Shown: piece after piece, positions 41,163 to 50,211 of the stretch
How positions within the stretch are numbered: position 1 is the first letter of the stretch
Layout of the letters: every line of letters starts with the position of its first letter
Assembly: GCA_013298595.1 (NCBI GenBank)
Contig: JAAFIG010000006.1
Coordinates: 5-64,004 of the forward strand
Direction: 5' to 3'
DNA from: Deinococcales bacterium
GTDB lineage: Bacteria; Deinococcota; Deinococci; Deinococcales; JAAFIG01
Length of the DNA stretch: 64,000 bases
Translations under genes and position numbers: made by a program
Notes under the pieces: generated by a model
What the model was told of the DNA's origin: nothing
The model's input: only the letters and a program-made list of their open reading frames with translations
The model's database searches: none

Positions 41163-41231
41163 ATGTATAAATGGTTTGTCGCCGCATTTGTTTTGGTCAC
41201 GGCTTTGGTAGCTTACCCATATCACTGGTAA
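41163..41231 (+). pseudogene. 22 aa ORF resembling a decayed lipoprotein signal peptide
   Basis: GGAGG RBS; MYKWFVAAFVLVTALVAYPYHW*, with LVAYP where the next gene has LVACP. Confidence 0.5.
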
Positions 41232-41357
41232 GGAAGTCAACGCTGGTGTGTCCAGAGTCTTTGTTGGAAAATGAAAAACATCCCAATTTCAAAACGGATT
41301 TTTGGCTTGAGACGCAGTTGAGACGCTTAGTTCATATGCTCTTATCAAGGCGCACCC

Positions 41358-41392
41358 AGTTTACGCTCAGTTTACGCCCGACCTTGTAGCAT
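41358..41392 (+). promoter_or_regulatory. SARP-type direct-repeat box plus -10 element
   Basis: AGTTTACGC-TC-AGTTTACGC-N9-TAGCAT. Confidence 0.7.
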
Positions 41393-41430
41393 CGTGTTGC
41401 AACAATTCGCAGATTCAATTGGAGGCTTTT

Positions 41431-44136
41431 ATGAAGTTCAACTCGAGCAAGATTGGTTTTATAGGCAGAACTCTTTTAGCAGGTTTCTTAATGATTGGTT
41501 TGGTGGCTTGTCCGCCCGCTCCTGTGGTCACACCAGATTTTAGTTTAACGTTGGGTGGCGCAACTATCTCCGTGAAAAAAACGGAGTCTGGAACTCTGGC
41601 AGTGAGCTTAAATAAAACGGGGGGTTTTGCTGATTCGGTGGCACTCAGTCTCGAGGGTGCGCCTGTTGGGGTGACCAGCAACTTTAATCCAGCTTCGACC
41701 AGTAACACCAGCACCTTAACTTTGAATGTGGCAGCCAATGCTGCTTTGGGGGACACCACCCTGACGGTCAAAGGTATTTCGGGTTCTCTGACCAAAACCG
41801 CGACTTTCAAACTCACCGTGACTGCCGCACCTGTGACTGGGGACACCACCCCACCCACTGTGGTCAGTACAACGGCTGCGAGCAACACCAGTGTGACCGT
41901 AGTCTTTAGCGAAGCGATAGCAGGCGGTAATGTAGCCTCGAATTTTAGTTTTCCATCCCAGAGCTTAAATGTAACGGCTGCCAGTGTTGCGGCAGACAAT
42001 AAAACCGTGACCCTGACAACTTCGGCACAATCCGCCATTTCTTATGCCTTGCTGGTTGGCTCGAGCCTGACCGATTTGGCAGGCAATGCGTATAACCTGA
42101 GTTTACAAAATACGACCTTGACTTCTTTCCTAGGTACAAACTCGAGCATTACTTCTGTGACTGCCAACACCGACATGACCACTGTTAGCGGCGGAACGCA
42201 AGCCAGTTTAAGTGCTGTGGTTGTAGGAACAGGTACGTTTAGCAACGCCGTCACTTGGAGCATTAGAAGTGGAGTGGGTTCGTTATCTGCCACCACAGGT
42301 TCACCAATCACAATTTCAATTCCTAGCAATGCTGTTAATGGCACAACGGTGGTTCGTGCCACCAGCAATCAGGATTCCAGTAAATTTGGCGAAGTCAGCC
42401 TGAGCATTACAGCCGGCATCCCCGGTGTGACTGCCGTGACCATCAGTGCGCCTTCCACAACCGTTTTACCTGCCACGAACACCAAACTGACCGCTAATGT
42501 GACTGGAATAGCCCCATTCAACAACGCAGTAACTTGGAGCATTGTCAGTGGTAACGCTGGAGCAATCTCGGCAACGACAGGTTCAGAAGTTGACTTTATG
42601 GTGACAGGTTCTTCGAGTATCCCCCAAGGTGAAGTCGTAATTAAAGCCACCAGCAATGCCGACCCGACCAAATTCGGCACAATCACCATGACAGTACAAG
42701 CAGCCAGCATCACAGGACTGACCTTGACCGCTCAAAGAACAGCCTTAAACACCAGTGGCACGACCACACTTACAGCAACCATCACCTCGAGCGGCAATGA
42801 ATTTCAGTTTAGTAATTTTGTGAATTGGAAAATTGAAAATGATGGCGTTGGAACACTCTCGAGCGGCGGGAATGGTTCACTTTCATTTAACTCAGACAGG
42901 GCTACCGTTTCAAACACCTACACAGCACCAGCCAGCAGTTTCGGACGGGTGGTACGCATTACCGCCTCGAGTGTCCAAGACCCAACCAAAAAACAAACCA
43001 TTTTTATTAGTGTTAATCCAAATAAAGCCAGCATCAGTGGTGGTCAATTTCATTCCCTTGCCATAAAATCAGACAACACCGTCTTGGCTTGGGGGCAAGC
43101 CGCAAATGGGCAGATAGGCAACAACAGCGTTACGCCTAGTCCCACACCCATAGCAGTTCAGCAAGACTCGAGCGTCGTTGTCAAACCGATTGTGGCGGTG
43201 TCGGCAGGTGGTTTTCATTCGTTGGCACTCAGAGACGATGGCACAATGATTAGTTGGGGCGATAATTTTTACGGACAACTTGGCATTGGACAATCAGGCA
43301 CAGCGAACTCCAAATTCGTAGCTGTGAATGTTATTCCCTTAACTTCAACTGATAGATTTAGTGCCATTGCCACAGGGACAACCCATTCGTTGGCATTAAG
43401 AACAGATGGCGTGGTCGTCAGTTGGGGCGATGGCGCTAAAAAACAACTTGGCAGCAATCTGGCATCGAGTACCGTACTTAATGAAGTAACAAGCACAAGC
43501 AACATTGTGGCAATCGCGGCTGGTATCGCCCATTCTTTGGCACTCAAAGCCGACGGCACAGTGCTGGCTTGGGGCGATGATGAATTCGGGCAACTTGGCG
43601 ACAATGCCACAAACACCAGTTCATTCACTCCCGTAGCTGTGCAAGGTGCAACCAACATTGTGGCAATTGCGGCTGGTGGGTATCATTCCTTAGCCCTTAA
43701 ATCCGATGGCACACTGCTGGCATGGGGCAGCAATTTTACTGGTGAACTCGGCGATGGCACAGATGTGGATAAATTTACACCAGTCGCAGTTGGTGGCAGC
43801 AACTCCAATAACATCGTGGCAATCGCGGCTGGTCTCAATCATTCTGTGGCACTCAAAAAGGACGGAACGGTGCTGACTTGGGGTTCGGACGAATTTGGGC
43901 AACTCGGAGATGGAACTCCTCTCGAGGATAAATTAACCCCAGTTATCATCAGTGGTGCAACCAACATTGTCGGTATTGCCGCAGGTGGATTACATACACT
44001 GGCACTCAAATCCGACGGCACAATGCTCAGTTGGGGCAAGGATGATGCTGGGCAACTTGGCAATGACGCAGCACTTGGGAATCAAAATTCACCAGTATCG
44101 GTATTGCTTTCGGCATTTACCATTCGCTTACCGTAA
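41431..44136 (+). CDS. Lipoprotein with several Ig-like domains and a C-terminal RCC1/BLIP-II propeller
   Basis: Lipobox LVAC; repeated VTWSI Ig-like modules; seven AG..HSLAL..DGT...WG....GQLG repeats. Confidence 0.9.
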   Translation: MKFNSSKIGFIGRTLLAGFLMIGLVACPPAPVVTPDFSLTLGGATISVKKTESGTLAVSLNKTGGFADSVALSLEGAPVGVTSNFNPASTSNTSTLTLNVAANAALGDTTLTVKGISGSLTKTATFKLTVTAAPVTGDTTPPTVVSTTAASNTSVTVVFSEAIAGGNVASNFSFPSQSLNVTAASVAADNKTVTLTTSAQSAISYALLVGSSLTDLAGNAYNLSLQNTTLTSFLGTNSSITSVTANTDMTTVSGGTQASLSAVVVGTGTFSNAVTWSIRSGVGSLSATTGSPITISIPSNAVNGTTVVRATSNQDSSKFGEVSLSITAGIPGVTAVTISAPSTTVLPATNTKLTANVTGIAPFNNAVTWSIVSGNAGAISATTGSEVDFMVTGSSSIPQGEVVIKATSNADPTKFGTITMTVQAASITGLTLTAQRTALNTSGTTTLTATITSSGNEFQFSNFVNWKIENDGVGTLSSGGNGSLSFNSDRATVSNTYTAPASSFGRVVRITASSVQDPTKKQTIFISVNPNKASISGGQFHSLAIKSDNTVLAWGQAANGQIGNNSVTPSPTPIAVQQDSSVVVKPIVAVSAGGFHSLALRDDGTMISWGDNFYGQLGIGQSGTANSKFVAVNVIPLTSTDRFSAIATGTTHSLALRTDGVVVSWGDGAKKQLGSNLASSTVLNEVTSTSNIVAIAAGIAHSLALKADGTVLAWGDDEFGQLGDNATNTSSFTPVAVQGATNIVAIAAGGYHSLALKSDGTLLAWGSNFTGELGDGTDVDKFTPVAVGGSNSNNIVAIAAGLNHSVALKKDGTVLTWGSDEFGQLGDGTPLEDKLTPVIISGATNIVGIAAGGLHTLALKSDGTMLSWGKDDAGQLGNDAALGNQNSPVSVLLSAFTIRLP

Positions 44137-44150
44137 AATTCTATCTCTCG

Positions 44151-44298
44151 AGCGACCCTGCCCGTAAGGTGCATCTTAGGGTCAAGAAGCGACCCTGCCC
44201 GTAAGGTGCATCTTAGGGTCAAGAAGCGACCCTGCCCGTAAGGTGCATCTTAGGGTCAAGAAGCGACCCTGCCCGTAAGGTGCATCTTAGGGTCAAGA
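44151..44298 (+). repeat. 4 x 37 bp perfect tandem repeat of the mini-element
   Basis: AGCGACCCTGCCCGTAAGGTGCATCTTAGGGTCAAGA x4 with no spacers. Confidence 0.97.
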
Positions 44299-44330
44299 AG
44301 CCACGCCTTTGTATTTGGCGTGGCTTTTTT
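44298..44330 (+). terminator. Intrinsic terminator
   Basis: AAGCCACGCC...GGCGTGGCTT followed by a T run. Confidence 0.85.
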
Positions 44331-44363
44331 CATCCAGCACCTCAAAGCAGTATGATACTGCCC

Positions 44364-44603
44364 ATGCAATTAGCCACTCGAGTGTTGGGTTTCACCCCCA
44401 ATCCTTTTACTGAACTGACCGCCTTGGCAGTTAAGCACAACGCCGTGAACTTAGGGCAGGGTTTCCCAGATTGGGCAGTGCCAAATTTTGTCTTGGCAGC
44501 AGCCTCAGAGAGCCTGAAAACCGCTTCGCATCAGTACACTGCACCAAGGGGTATCCCGCGTTTGCTCGAGGCAGTGGCAAATCTGCTCGAGCCACAAATT
44601 GGC
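44364..44603 (+). pseudogene. N-terminal fragment of a class I/II aminotransferase
   Basis: AVNLGQGFPD, HQY...RG.PRL.EAVA; recognisable similarity stops after about 75-80 aa. Confidence 0.85.
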
Positions 44604-45114
44604 AGCACAACTGAATGTCAAACAAAACACGGTACTTTACCGAGTGCAGCAAATGCTTAAATGCAGATTGCTATTCGTGCATCATCTCGAAACTCGAGCT
44701 GGTCGGGCAATACGCCACTATTCTTGTGTGTCGAATGCTTTTTTCGTACCATTTTCGGCAACACCATTTGAAACAGTCAGCGCTTTAGTGCAAAGTACAG
44801 AGTCTTTGCAGCATCAACGTTTTGCGAAAGCACTGGCATACGCTCGAGAATTGCAACACAAAAACCAAGGCTTGGGTACATTATTATTTCGTGACGAAGC
44901 TGGAGATACGTATGTTTCAAAAACCAATTTAAACCAACCCAAAGCCGCACAAGTTACCGTGCCGTTCAGCAGATGGTCGAGTATGCGATTAACTCCGAAA
45001 GCAGCCCTCGAGCTTACTGAACGGCTAGATTCATTGCTAAACGAATACATGGAAACATCTGCAAAAACAGGTACTTCTTATTTGTTGCATATTGGCGTTG
45101 TTGAAGCGATATAA
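44584..45114 (+). pseudogene. N-terminally truncated wHTH regulator, paralog of 19816-20487
   Basis: LAAQL.V....VLYRV...RAGRAIRHY...NAFFVPFSATPFET; the first helices are missing. Confidence 0.7.
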
Positions 45115-45240
45115 CCAATACACTTATACGGTTACCAACGTTGGCAGAAGGAATAGGCAATCATAAGAAGCCCTGCGCTTATGAAGTCATCCGAGTTTTA
45201 ACACCCTGTTAAATCACTCAAGTGCTTGACAAAATCAAAT

Positions 45241-45254
45241 GTTTAGACCTAAAC
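45241..45254. promoter_or_regulatory. Putative MarR operator
   Basis: GTTTAG-AC-CTAAAC inverted repeat downstream of a TTGACA; second copy at 45717-45730. Confidence 0.6.
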
Positions 45255-45266
45255 TAATTCTCGAGG

Positions 45267-45701
45267 TTGTATCCAGTGAAGCGCAATCCCAATAACTTAG
45301 CTCCGCAGATTTGGGCACGAATTATTCGTTTAGTGCAGCGTACAGGGCGCGAAACTGCTGAGCACCTCCGCGCCCATGATCTGACGTTACCGCAATTGGA
45401 TGTTTTAACAAAAATTATGTCTGGCTCAGGCGTTACCCAGCAACAAATCGCCGATCAACTTGGTACAACCAAAGGCAATGTCTCTCAAGTGATTTCCAGA
45501 CTCGAGACTGATGGTTTTGTCACTCGTAGTGCCGATGGTGCTAGTAATCGCCTGAGTTTAACCCGAGCTGGACGGCTGGTGATGTTAGCAGTAATTCCCG
45601 AACACGACGCGTTTATTACTAAGCGACTAGCGGTTCTTAGTGCCGACGAGCAACAACAATTGTTTTTGTTGTTCGAGAAAATCGAGGTGAGTTTGCAATA
45701 A
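45267..45701 (+). CDS. MarR-family regulator
   Basis: LTLPQLDVL, TQQQIA, TKGNVSQ..SRLE..GFV.R, LT..G. Confidence 0.92.
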   Translation: MYPVKRNPNNLAPQIWARIIRLVQRTGRETAEHLRAHDLTLPQLDVLTKIMSGSGVTQQQIADQLGTTKGNVSQVISRLETDGFVTRSADGASNRLSLTRAGRLVMLAVIPEHDAFITKRLAVLSADEQQQLFLLFEKIEVSLQ

Positions 45702-45747
45702 TTTTTAGTTTTTAGTGTTTAGGTATAAACTTTTAAGGAGTGTATTT

Positions 45748-46128
45748 ATGTCGTCACCTGTTCGTACCATCGCTATGTCTGCCATCATCGGCGCGGTTAT
45801 TAACACGATCATCTGGGTTATAGCTAACCTTGTTAGTCCGTTAACCATCCCAATTTTTCCAGTGCCCATCGCCAGTACCGTTGGCGCAGTTTTTGGCGGA
45901 TTATTTTATTTGCTGGTCTCGAGATTCTCTAAGAACCCAAATCCGATTTTTATTGTTGTGGCAAGCATCGTTCTTATCCTCACAGCTTTTTCGCCAATCA
46001 GTGCCATGACCAACCCACCTCCAGGCAGCGATCCTTTTAATCTGGCAACAGTGATTGCCACCGAACTGATGCACGTAGTCAGTGGTGGATTATGTATTTA
46101 CTTCTATACCAAAAAAGCAATCATTTGA
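45748..46128 (+). CDS. Four-TM membrane protein (DUF6069-like)
   Basis: AAGGAG RBS, four hydrophobic helices, LMH.V motif. Confidence 0.7.
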   Translation: MSSPVRTIAMSAIIGAVINTIIWVIANLVSPLTIPIFPVPIASTVGAVFGGLFYLLVSRFSKNPNPIFIVVASIVLILTAFSPISAMTNPPPGSDPFNLATVIATELMHVVSGGLCIYFYTKKAII

Positions 46129-46184
46129 TGTATTGCACCCACATTGCTTCTGTTGCATTCTCGAGTTAGGATGACAGCAGAAGA

Positions 46185-46841
46185 TTGGATGGTTGGGTTT
46201 TGAATCGTTTACTTGAAGTGATGCGTCGTTTACGAGCGCCAGATGGTTGTCCTTGGGATATTGAACAAACCCATGAGTCTTTGCGTGCATATTTATTAGA
46301 AGAAGCTGCTGAAGCTGTAGATGCGATCAGCAGTGGTGATCGGGCAGAATTGGCTGCCGAACTTGGTGATGTGTTATTACAAGTCGCATTTCATAGTGTG
46401 ATTGCTGAAGAAAGCAAAACCTTTTCCTACGAGACAGTCGAAAATGCTATTGTTGAAAAATTAATTCGTCGGCATCCACATGTTTTTGCCGACACAAAAG
46501 TGCAAAATGCTGCCGAAGTAACCCAGAATTGGAATCAAATCAAAGCTACCGAACGTGCAGGCAAGCCCGAGCTACACCCTGCCGAGCGTGTGCCAAAAGC
46601 ACTGGGTGCTTTAGCCCGAACCCACGAAATCCATAAAGCACTCGAGGTTGGTAAAGGCTCAAAACGCACCGTTATGGCAACCCTCGAGAATGCCGAAGAT
46701 GATGCCACCAGTATTGCCACAGTACTTGAAGCTGTGGTGGCTTGGGCGCGTTCAAGTGGTGTACATAGCGAAGTGGCACTGCGTGAACGGCTCGAGGCAC
46801 ATGTACAGAGCGCTGTGGTTCATGCCAGCAAAGAGGGCTAA
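46185..46841 (+). CDS. mazG: MazG-family nucleotide pyrophosphohydrolase
   Basis: LRAPDGCPWD.EQTHESL, ELGDVLLQVAFH, KLIRRHPHVF. Start codon uncertain. Confidence 0.92.
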   Translation: MDGWVLNRLLEVMRRLRAPDGCPWDIEQTHESLRAYLLEEAAEAVDAISSGDRAELAAELGDVLLQVAFHSVIAEESKTFSYETVENAIVEKLIRRHPHVFADTKVQNAAEVTQNWNQIKATERAGKPELHPAERVPKALGALARTHEIHKALEVGKGSKRTVMATLENAEDDATSIATVLEAVVAWARSSGVHSEVALRERLEAHVQSAVVHASKEG

Positions 46842-47422
46842 TGTTTGATCTGAGCAATCTCGAGCAACGCTTAGCTGCTAGACAGCGAATGATTCTCGAG
46901 ATTCCAGATTTTCGCCAAGCTGCAGTGCTGGTTGGTATTCAACTCGAGCCTGTGCCGCGTTTGGTTTTAACTGAGCGCAGTGCTAACTTATCCACTCACT
47001 CTGGGCAAATTGCTTTTCCTGGCGGTAGTTTAGATGCTACCGAAACACCAATCCAAGCTGCATTGCGCGAAGCTAACGAAGAAATTGGTCTCGAGCCAAG
47101 TGCAGTACACGTGCTTGGTCTACTTGATGATGTTTGGACTCCAGCAGGTTTTCATGTCACCCCCGTCTTAGCCGTCATCTCGAGTGATGCCACTTGGCAG
47201 ATCAATACCAACGAAGTCGCCCAATTATTATTTGTTCCAATTACCGATTTGCAAACCATTCAAGTTACGTATGAACAAAAAATTCTGCCCAGCACCGCTC
47301 GAATACCTGAATTTGAATCTCGAGACCGAGCTGTGCCACATTATTTGTGGGGCAACACCGATATCTGGGGCATGACCGCTTTTGTGATTCAAAAACTCTT
47401 GCCTCTACTTAGTAAAATGTAA
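46841..47422 (+). CDS. Nudix CoA pyrophosphatase
   Basis: LTERS..L..HSGQIAFPGG, AALREANEEIGL, IWGMTA. Confidence 0.92.
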   Translation: MFDLSNLEQRLAARQRMILEIPDFRQAAVLVGIQLEPVPRLVLTERSANLSTHSGQIAFPGGSLDATETPIQAALREANEEIGLEPSAVHVLGLLDDVWTPAGFHVTPVLAVISSDATWQINTNEVAQLLFVPITDLQTIQVTYEQKILPSTARIPEFESRDRAVPHYLWGNTDIWGMTAFVIQKLLPLLSKM

Positions 47423-47496
47423 ACAAATTTGGCGGGCTATGCGAGTATTATCAAAGTACAGTGTGAATGGGTGCGGAGACTCTTAAAATAGTCGAT

Positions 47497-49161
47497 TTAG
47501 CGCATCACACTAAGATACACTTGCACAGGACCAGATGGCACAATATCGCGCCGTGCCGCCACTGCAATCCAAACAGTGCCACTCAAAGACTCAAGTTGCG
47601 CTAAAAACATGTTCTGCTCTGCTGCGGATACCAATTGTGTTGGGATATTCTCCCGAGGTACTCCACGTTCAATTAAGTCACGCTGCGTTTCACGCAGTAA
47701 ATTCTCAATAGCAACCCGCCAACTCGAATTAGGACGCGAAGCATTGATTTGACCAACGCTCAGCTCCCTCGAGACAAGTGGTTGCCCCGATGTAAATAAA
47801 GTTTCATTGGCACGCACCTCGAGTGTCACAGGTAATTCAATACCTGTTTGGGTGACGCTGCGCGAAGTTCGCATTAGTACCAAATCGGCACCTTTGGTTT
47901 TTAGCACTTGGCTGATATACGGCTCGAGATCGGCTGAGGGTTTTAAACTAACTGCTTTACTGCGCGTTGCTCCCCTAGCTTGAGCGACTTGGGCTGCTTG
48001 TTTTAACCAGACTTGTAATTGAGTCCGAAGCACATCTGGTGAATTGGATTCCAACACTTTTTGTGAAATTAGATCACCTTGACGGAAAATAAAATTCCCA
48101 CTGGTGGCATCAGCTAAGGCAGCTTGTGAATCTTGCAAAGCTTGCTCTGCTTTATTTAATTGCTCGGTCAACGTATTATTTTGGGCTTCTAAACGATTAA
48201 CACTGGCTTCAAGCGAAGCTCGAGTTTGGTTGAGTTCACGGATATCACCTTCGAGTTTCGTCCGTTCGTTGCGAAGAATGGCTGATTGTCCATCAAGTTG
48301 GGTCACCGAAGCACTTAATGAATTGCGTTCTGCTTGCAATTGATTGCGTTGCGCCTCGAGTTGCGTTTGTTGCGCCTCGAGTTTCTTCCGATCCGCTTCT
48401 AAAGAAGCCACTGTACTTTCCAAATTTTGTTGTTTGGCTAAAGCCTGATTGGTAGCTGTTTGTGCATCAGTAAATTTGGTCTCGAGTTCTTTGCGCTCTG
48501 TGGTTAAAGTGGTAATTCGTTGTTGTAACTGATCGCGCTGCGTATTCAAACGCTGCACATTCCCAGTAAAAGTCAGTCGTTGTGCCTCGAGCAAACGCAG
48601 CTCTTGGCGTAACTTAGTAATCCGAGTACTGGATTCGCGTCCTAAACGTTGTAATTCTGCTGTTCGAGTTTTAATTTGCGAACTGAGTGTATTGCGTTCA
48701 CCCGATAACGAATTAATTACAGTTGTCAAACGACCATTGAGCTTACTGATCTCGGTTAATTCTGTTTGTTTAGCATCTAATTCAATACGCACCCGATCAA
48801 ATTCTTCTTTCTCGAATTTACTTTGATCAAGCACTTTTAATAATTTGGCTTTGCTCTCTTGGTATTCGGTATTAATTTTTTTGGTATTTTGCTTTAATTG
48901 CTCGAGTTCTAATTGCATTTCAGGGGCTTTTAGCGCGTTGTCCACGGTGCTACGCGCAAGTAAAGACACAGTGCCAACTGTAGCAAGTGCAACCAGCACA
49001 CCACTGCCGATAGCAAAAACCAAACCCGTGGTCTTTGGGCGTAAACCAAAAATTCGCACATGTTTACGACCAATACGCCGCCCAACAGTATCTCCAAGCC
49101 ATGCAATCACCCCGCCGATAATACCGACGCTCAGTAATAACAAAACCCAGAATTGCCACAT
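47497..49161 (-). CDS. DUF3084 coiled-coil membrane protein
   Basis: GGVIAWLGD.VGRRIGRK...FGLRPK.T N-terminus, long heptad region. Confidence 0.85.
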   Translation of the reverse strand: MWQFWVLLLLSVGIIGGVIAWLGDTVGRRIGRKHVRIFGLRPKTTGLVFAIGSGVLVALATVGTVSLLARSTVDNALKAPEMQLELEQLKQNTKKINTEYQESKAKLLKVLDQSKFEKEEFDRVRIELDAKQTELTEISKLNGRLTTVINSLSGERNTLSSQIKTRTAELQRLGRESSTRITKLRQELRLLEAQRLTFTGNVQRLNTQRDQLQQRITTLTTERKELETKFTDAQTATNQALAKQQNLESTVASLEADRKKLEAQQTQLEAQRNQLQAERNSLSASVTQLDGQSAILRNERTKLEGDIRELNQTRASLEASVNRLEAQNNTLTEQLNKAEQALQDSQAALADATSGNFIFRQGDLISQKVLESNSPDVLRTQLQVWLKQAAQVAQARGATRSKAVSLKPSADLEPYISQVLKTKGADLVLMRTSRSVTQTGIELPVTLEVRANETLFTSGQPLVSRELSVGQINASRPNSSWRVAIENLLRETQRDLIERGVPRENIPTQLVSAAEQNMFLAQLESLSGTVWIAVAARRDIVPSGPVQVYLSVMR

Positions 49162-49164
49162 AAT

Positions 49165-50007
49165 CTACAACTCGAACTCCTCACCAAGGTAATGCTGACG
49201 AACTTCAGGATTACGTGCAAATTCTTCAGGTGTACCTCGGAATACCACTTTACCATCCCACATCAAATAAACGCGGTCAGTAATCGCCACTGTTTCACGC
49301 ACAGCATGATCGGTAATAAACACACCAAGCCCACGTTTTTCACGTAATTCCCGAATAAGACGCTGTATTTCACGCACACTTTTAGGATCAACACCAGTAA
49401 AAGGTTCATCCAGTAAAATAAAATCTGGATTCGTTGTCAAACTCCGAGCAATCTCGAGCCGACGACGCTCACCACCAGACAAGGTATACGCCATTTTATC
49501 GCCCAAATGTCCAAGTTGAAATTCATCCAATAAGGCATTGGCTTTCTCGAGCCGCTGCGCTTCAGTTAATTTTTGATATTCCAAAATTGCTAATAAATTA
49601 TCTCGAGCCGTCATTTTACGAAAAGCACTGGGTTCTTGGGGCAAATACCCCAAACCCAACTGAGCGCGGCTGTGCATTGGTAAACGCGTAATATCGGCTT
49701 GTGACAAATGAATCGTTCCAGAATTAGGCTTAACAAACCCCACCATCATATAAAAAGTGGTGGTTTTACCCGCACCATTAGGTCCAAACAAAGCAACAAT
49801 TTCACCCCGAGCTAATTCAAGATCAACCCCAGACACAACTTCGCGTTGCCCATAACGTTTATGTAAACCTCGAGCCACCAAAAAAGGAGCGGCACTCGAG
49901 CCAGTTTGAAAAGTAGATATCGGCGCTACAAGAGTCACAGGCGTATTGTACGCTGCAAATCCCCAGTTTTTTGTGAGGAACACACGAGCCTTTATCTCAT
50001 TTACCAA
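49165..50007 (-). CDS. lptB: LptB-like ABC ATPase
   Basis: [46 protein letters not shown]. The true start is probably downstream of the ORF start. Confidence 0.9.
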   Translation of the reverse strand: MVNEIKARVFLTKNWGFAAYNTPVTLVAPISTFQTGSSAAPFLVARGLHKRYGQREVVSGVDLELARGEIVALFGPNGAGKTTTFYMMVGFVKPNSGTIHLSQADITRLPMHSRAQLGLGYLPQEPSAFRKMTARDNLLAILEYQKLTEAQRLEKANALLDEFQLGHLGDKMAYTLSGGERRRLEIARSLTTNPDFILLDEPFTGVDPKSVREIQRLIRELREKRGLGVFITDHAVRETVAITDRVYLMWDGKVVFRGTPEEFARNPEVRQHYLGEEFEL

Positions 50008-50183
50008 TCTTCTGTTTTACGATACGCCACCAAAACACTGTACATAATATCGCCATTTGGCAGCACTGCTGTGGAGAAATTGATGTTACCCACAGTCACA
50101 TTGCGTCCGAGACTCTCCATAAAATCCCGTAAGCGATTCTCAAAAATTTCCTGGTCAGGAGCCGAAATCAATTTGAATTCCAT
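50001..50183 (-). CDS. Small protein (DUF1737-like)
   Basis: 60 aa MEFKLIS..D...FE.R; TATAAT 7 nt upstream of the ATG. Confidence 0.6.
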   Translation of the reverse strand: MEFKLISAPDQEIFENRLRDFMESLGRNVTVGNINFSTAVLPNGDIMYSVLVAYRKTEDW

Positions 50184-50211
50184 ACCCAGCATTATAAGGT
50201 AAACTTCTATC

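Noticed and set aside
44151-44298. CRISPR array (37 bp palindromic repeats)
   Set aside because: The units are head-to-tail with no spacers, and there are no cas genes in the window.
44280-44363. N-terminal extension of the 126 aa ORF
   Set aside because: It runs through the repeat and terminator; the real start is ATG 44364 after TATGAT.
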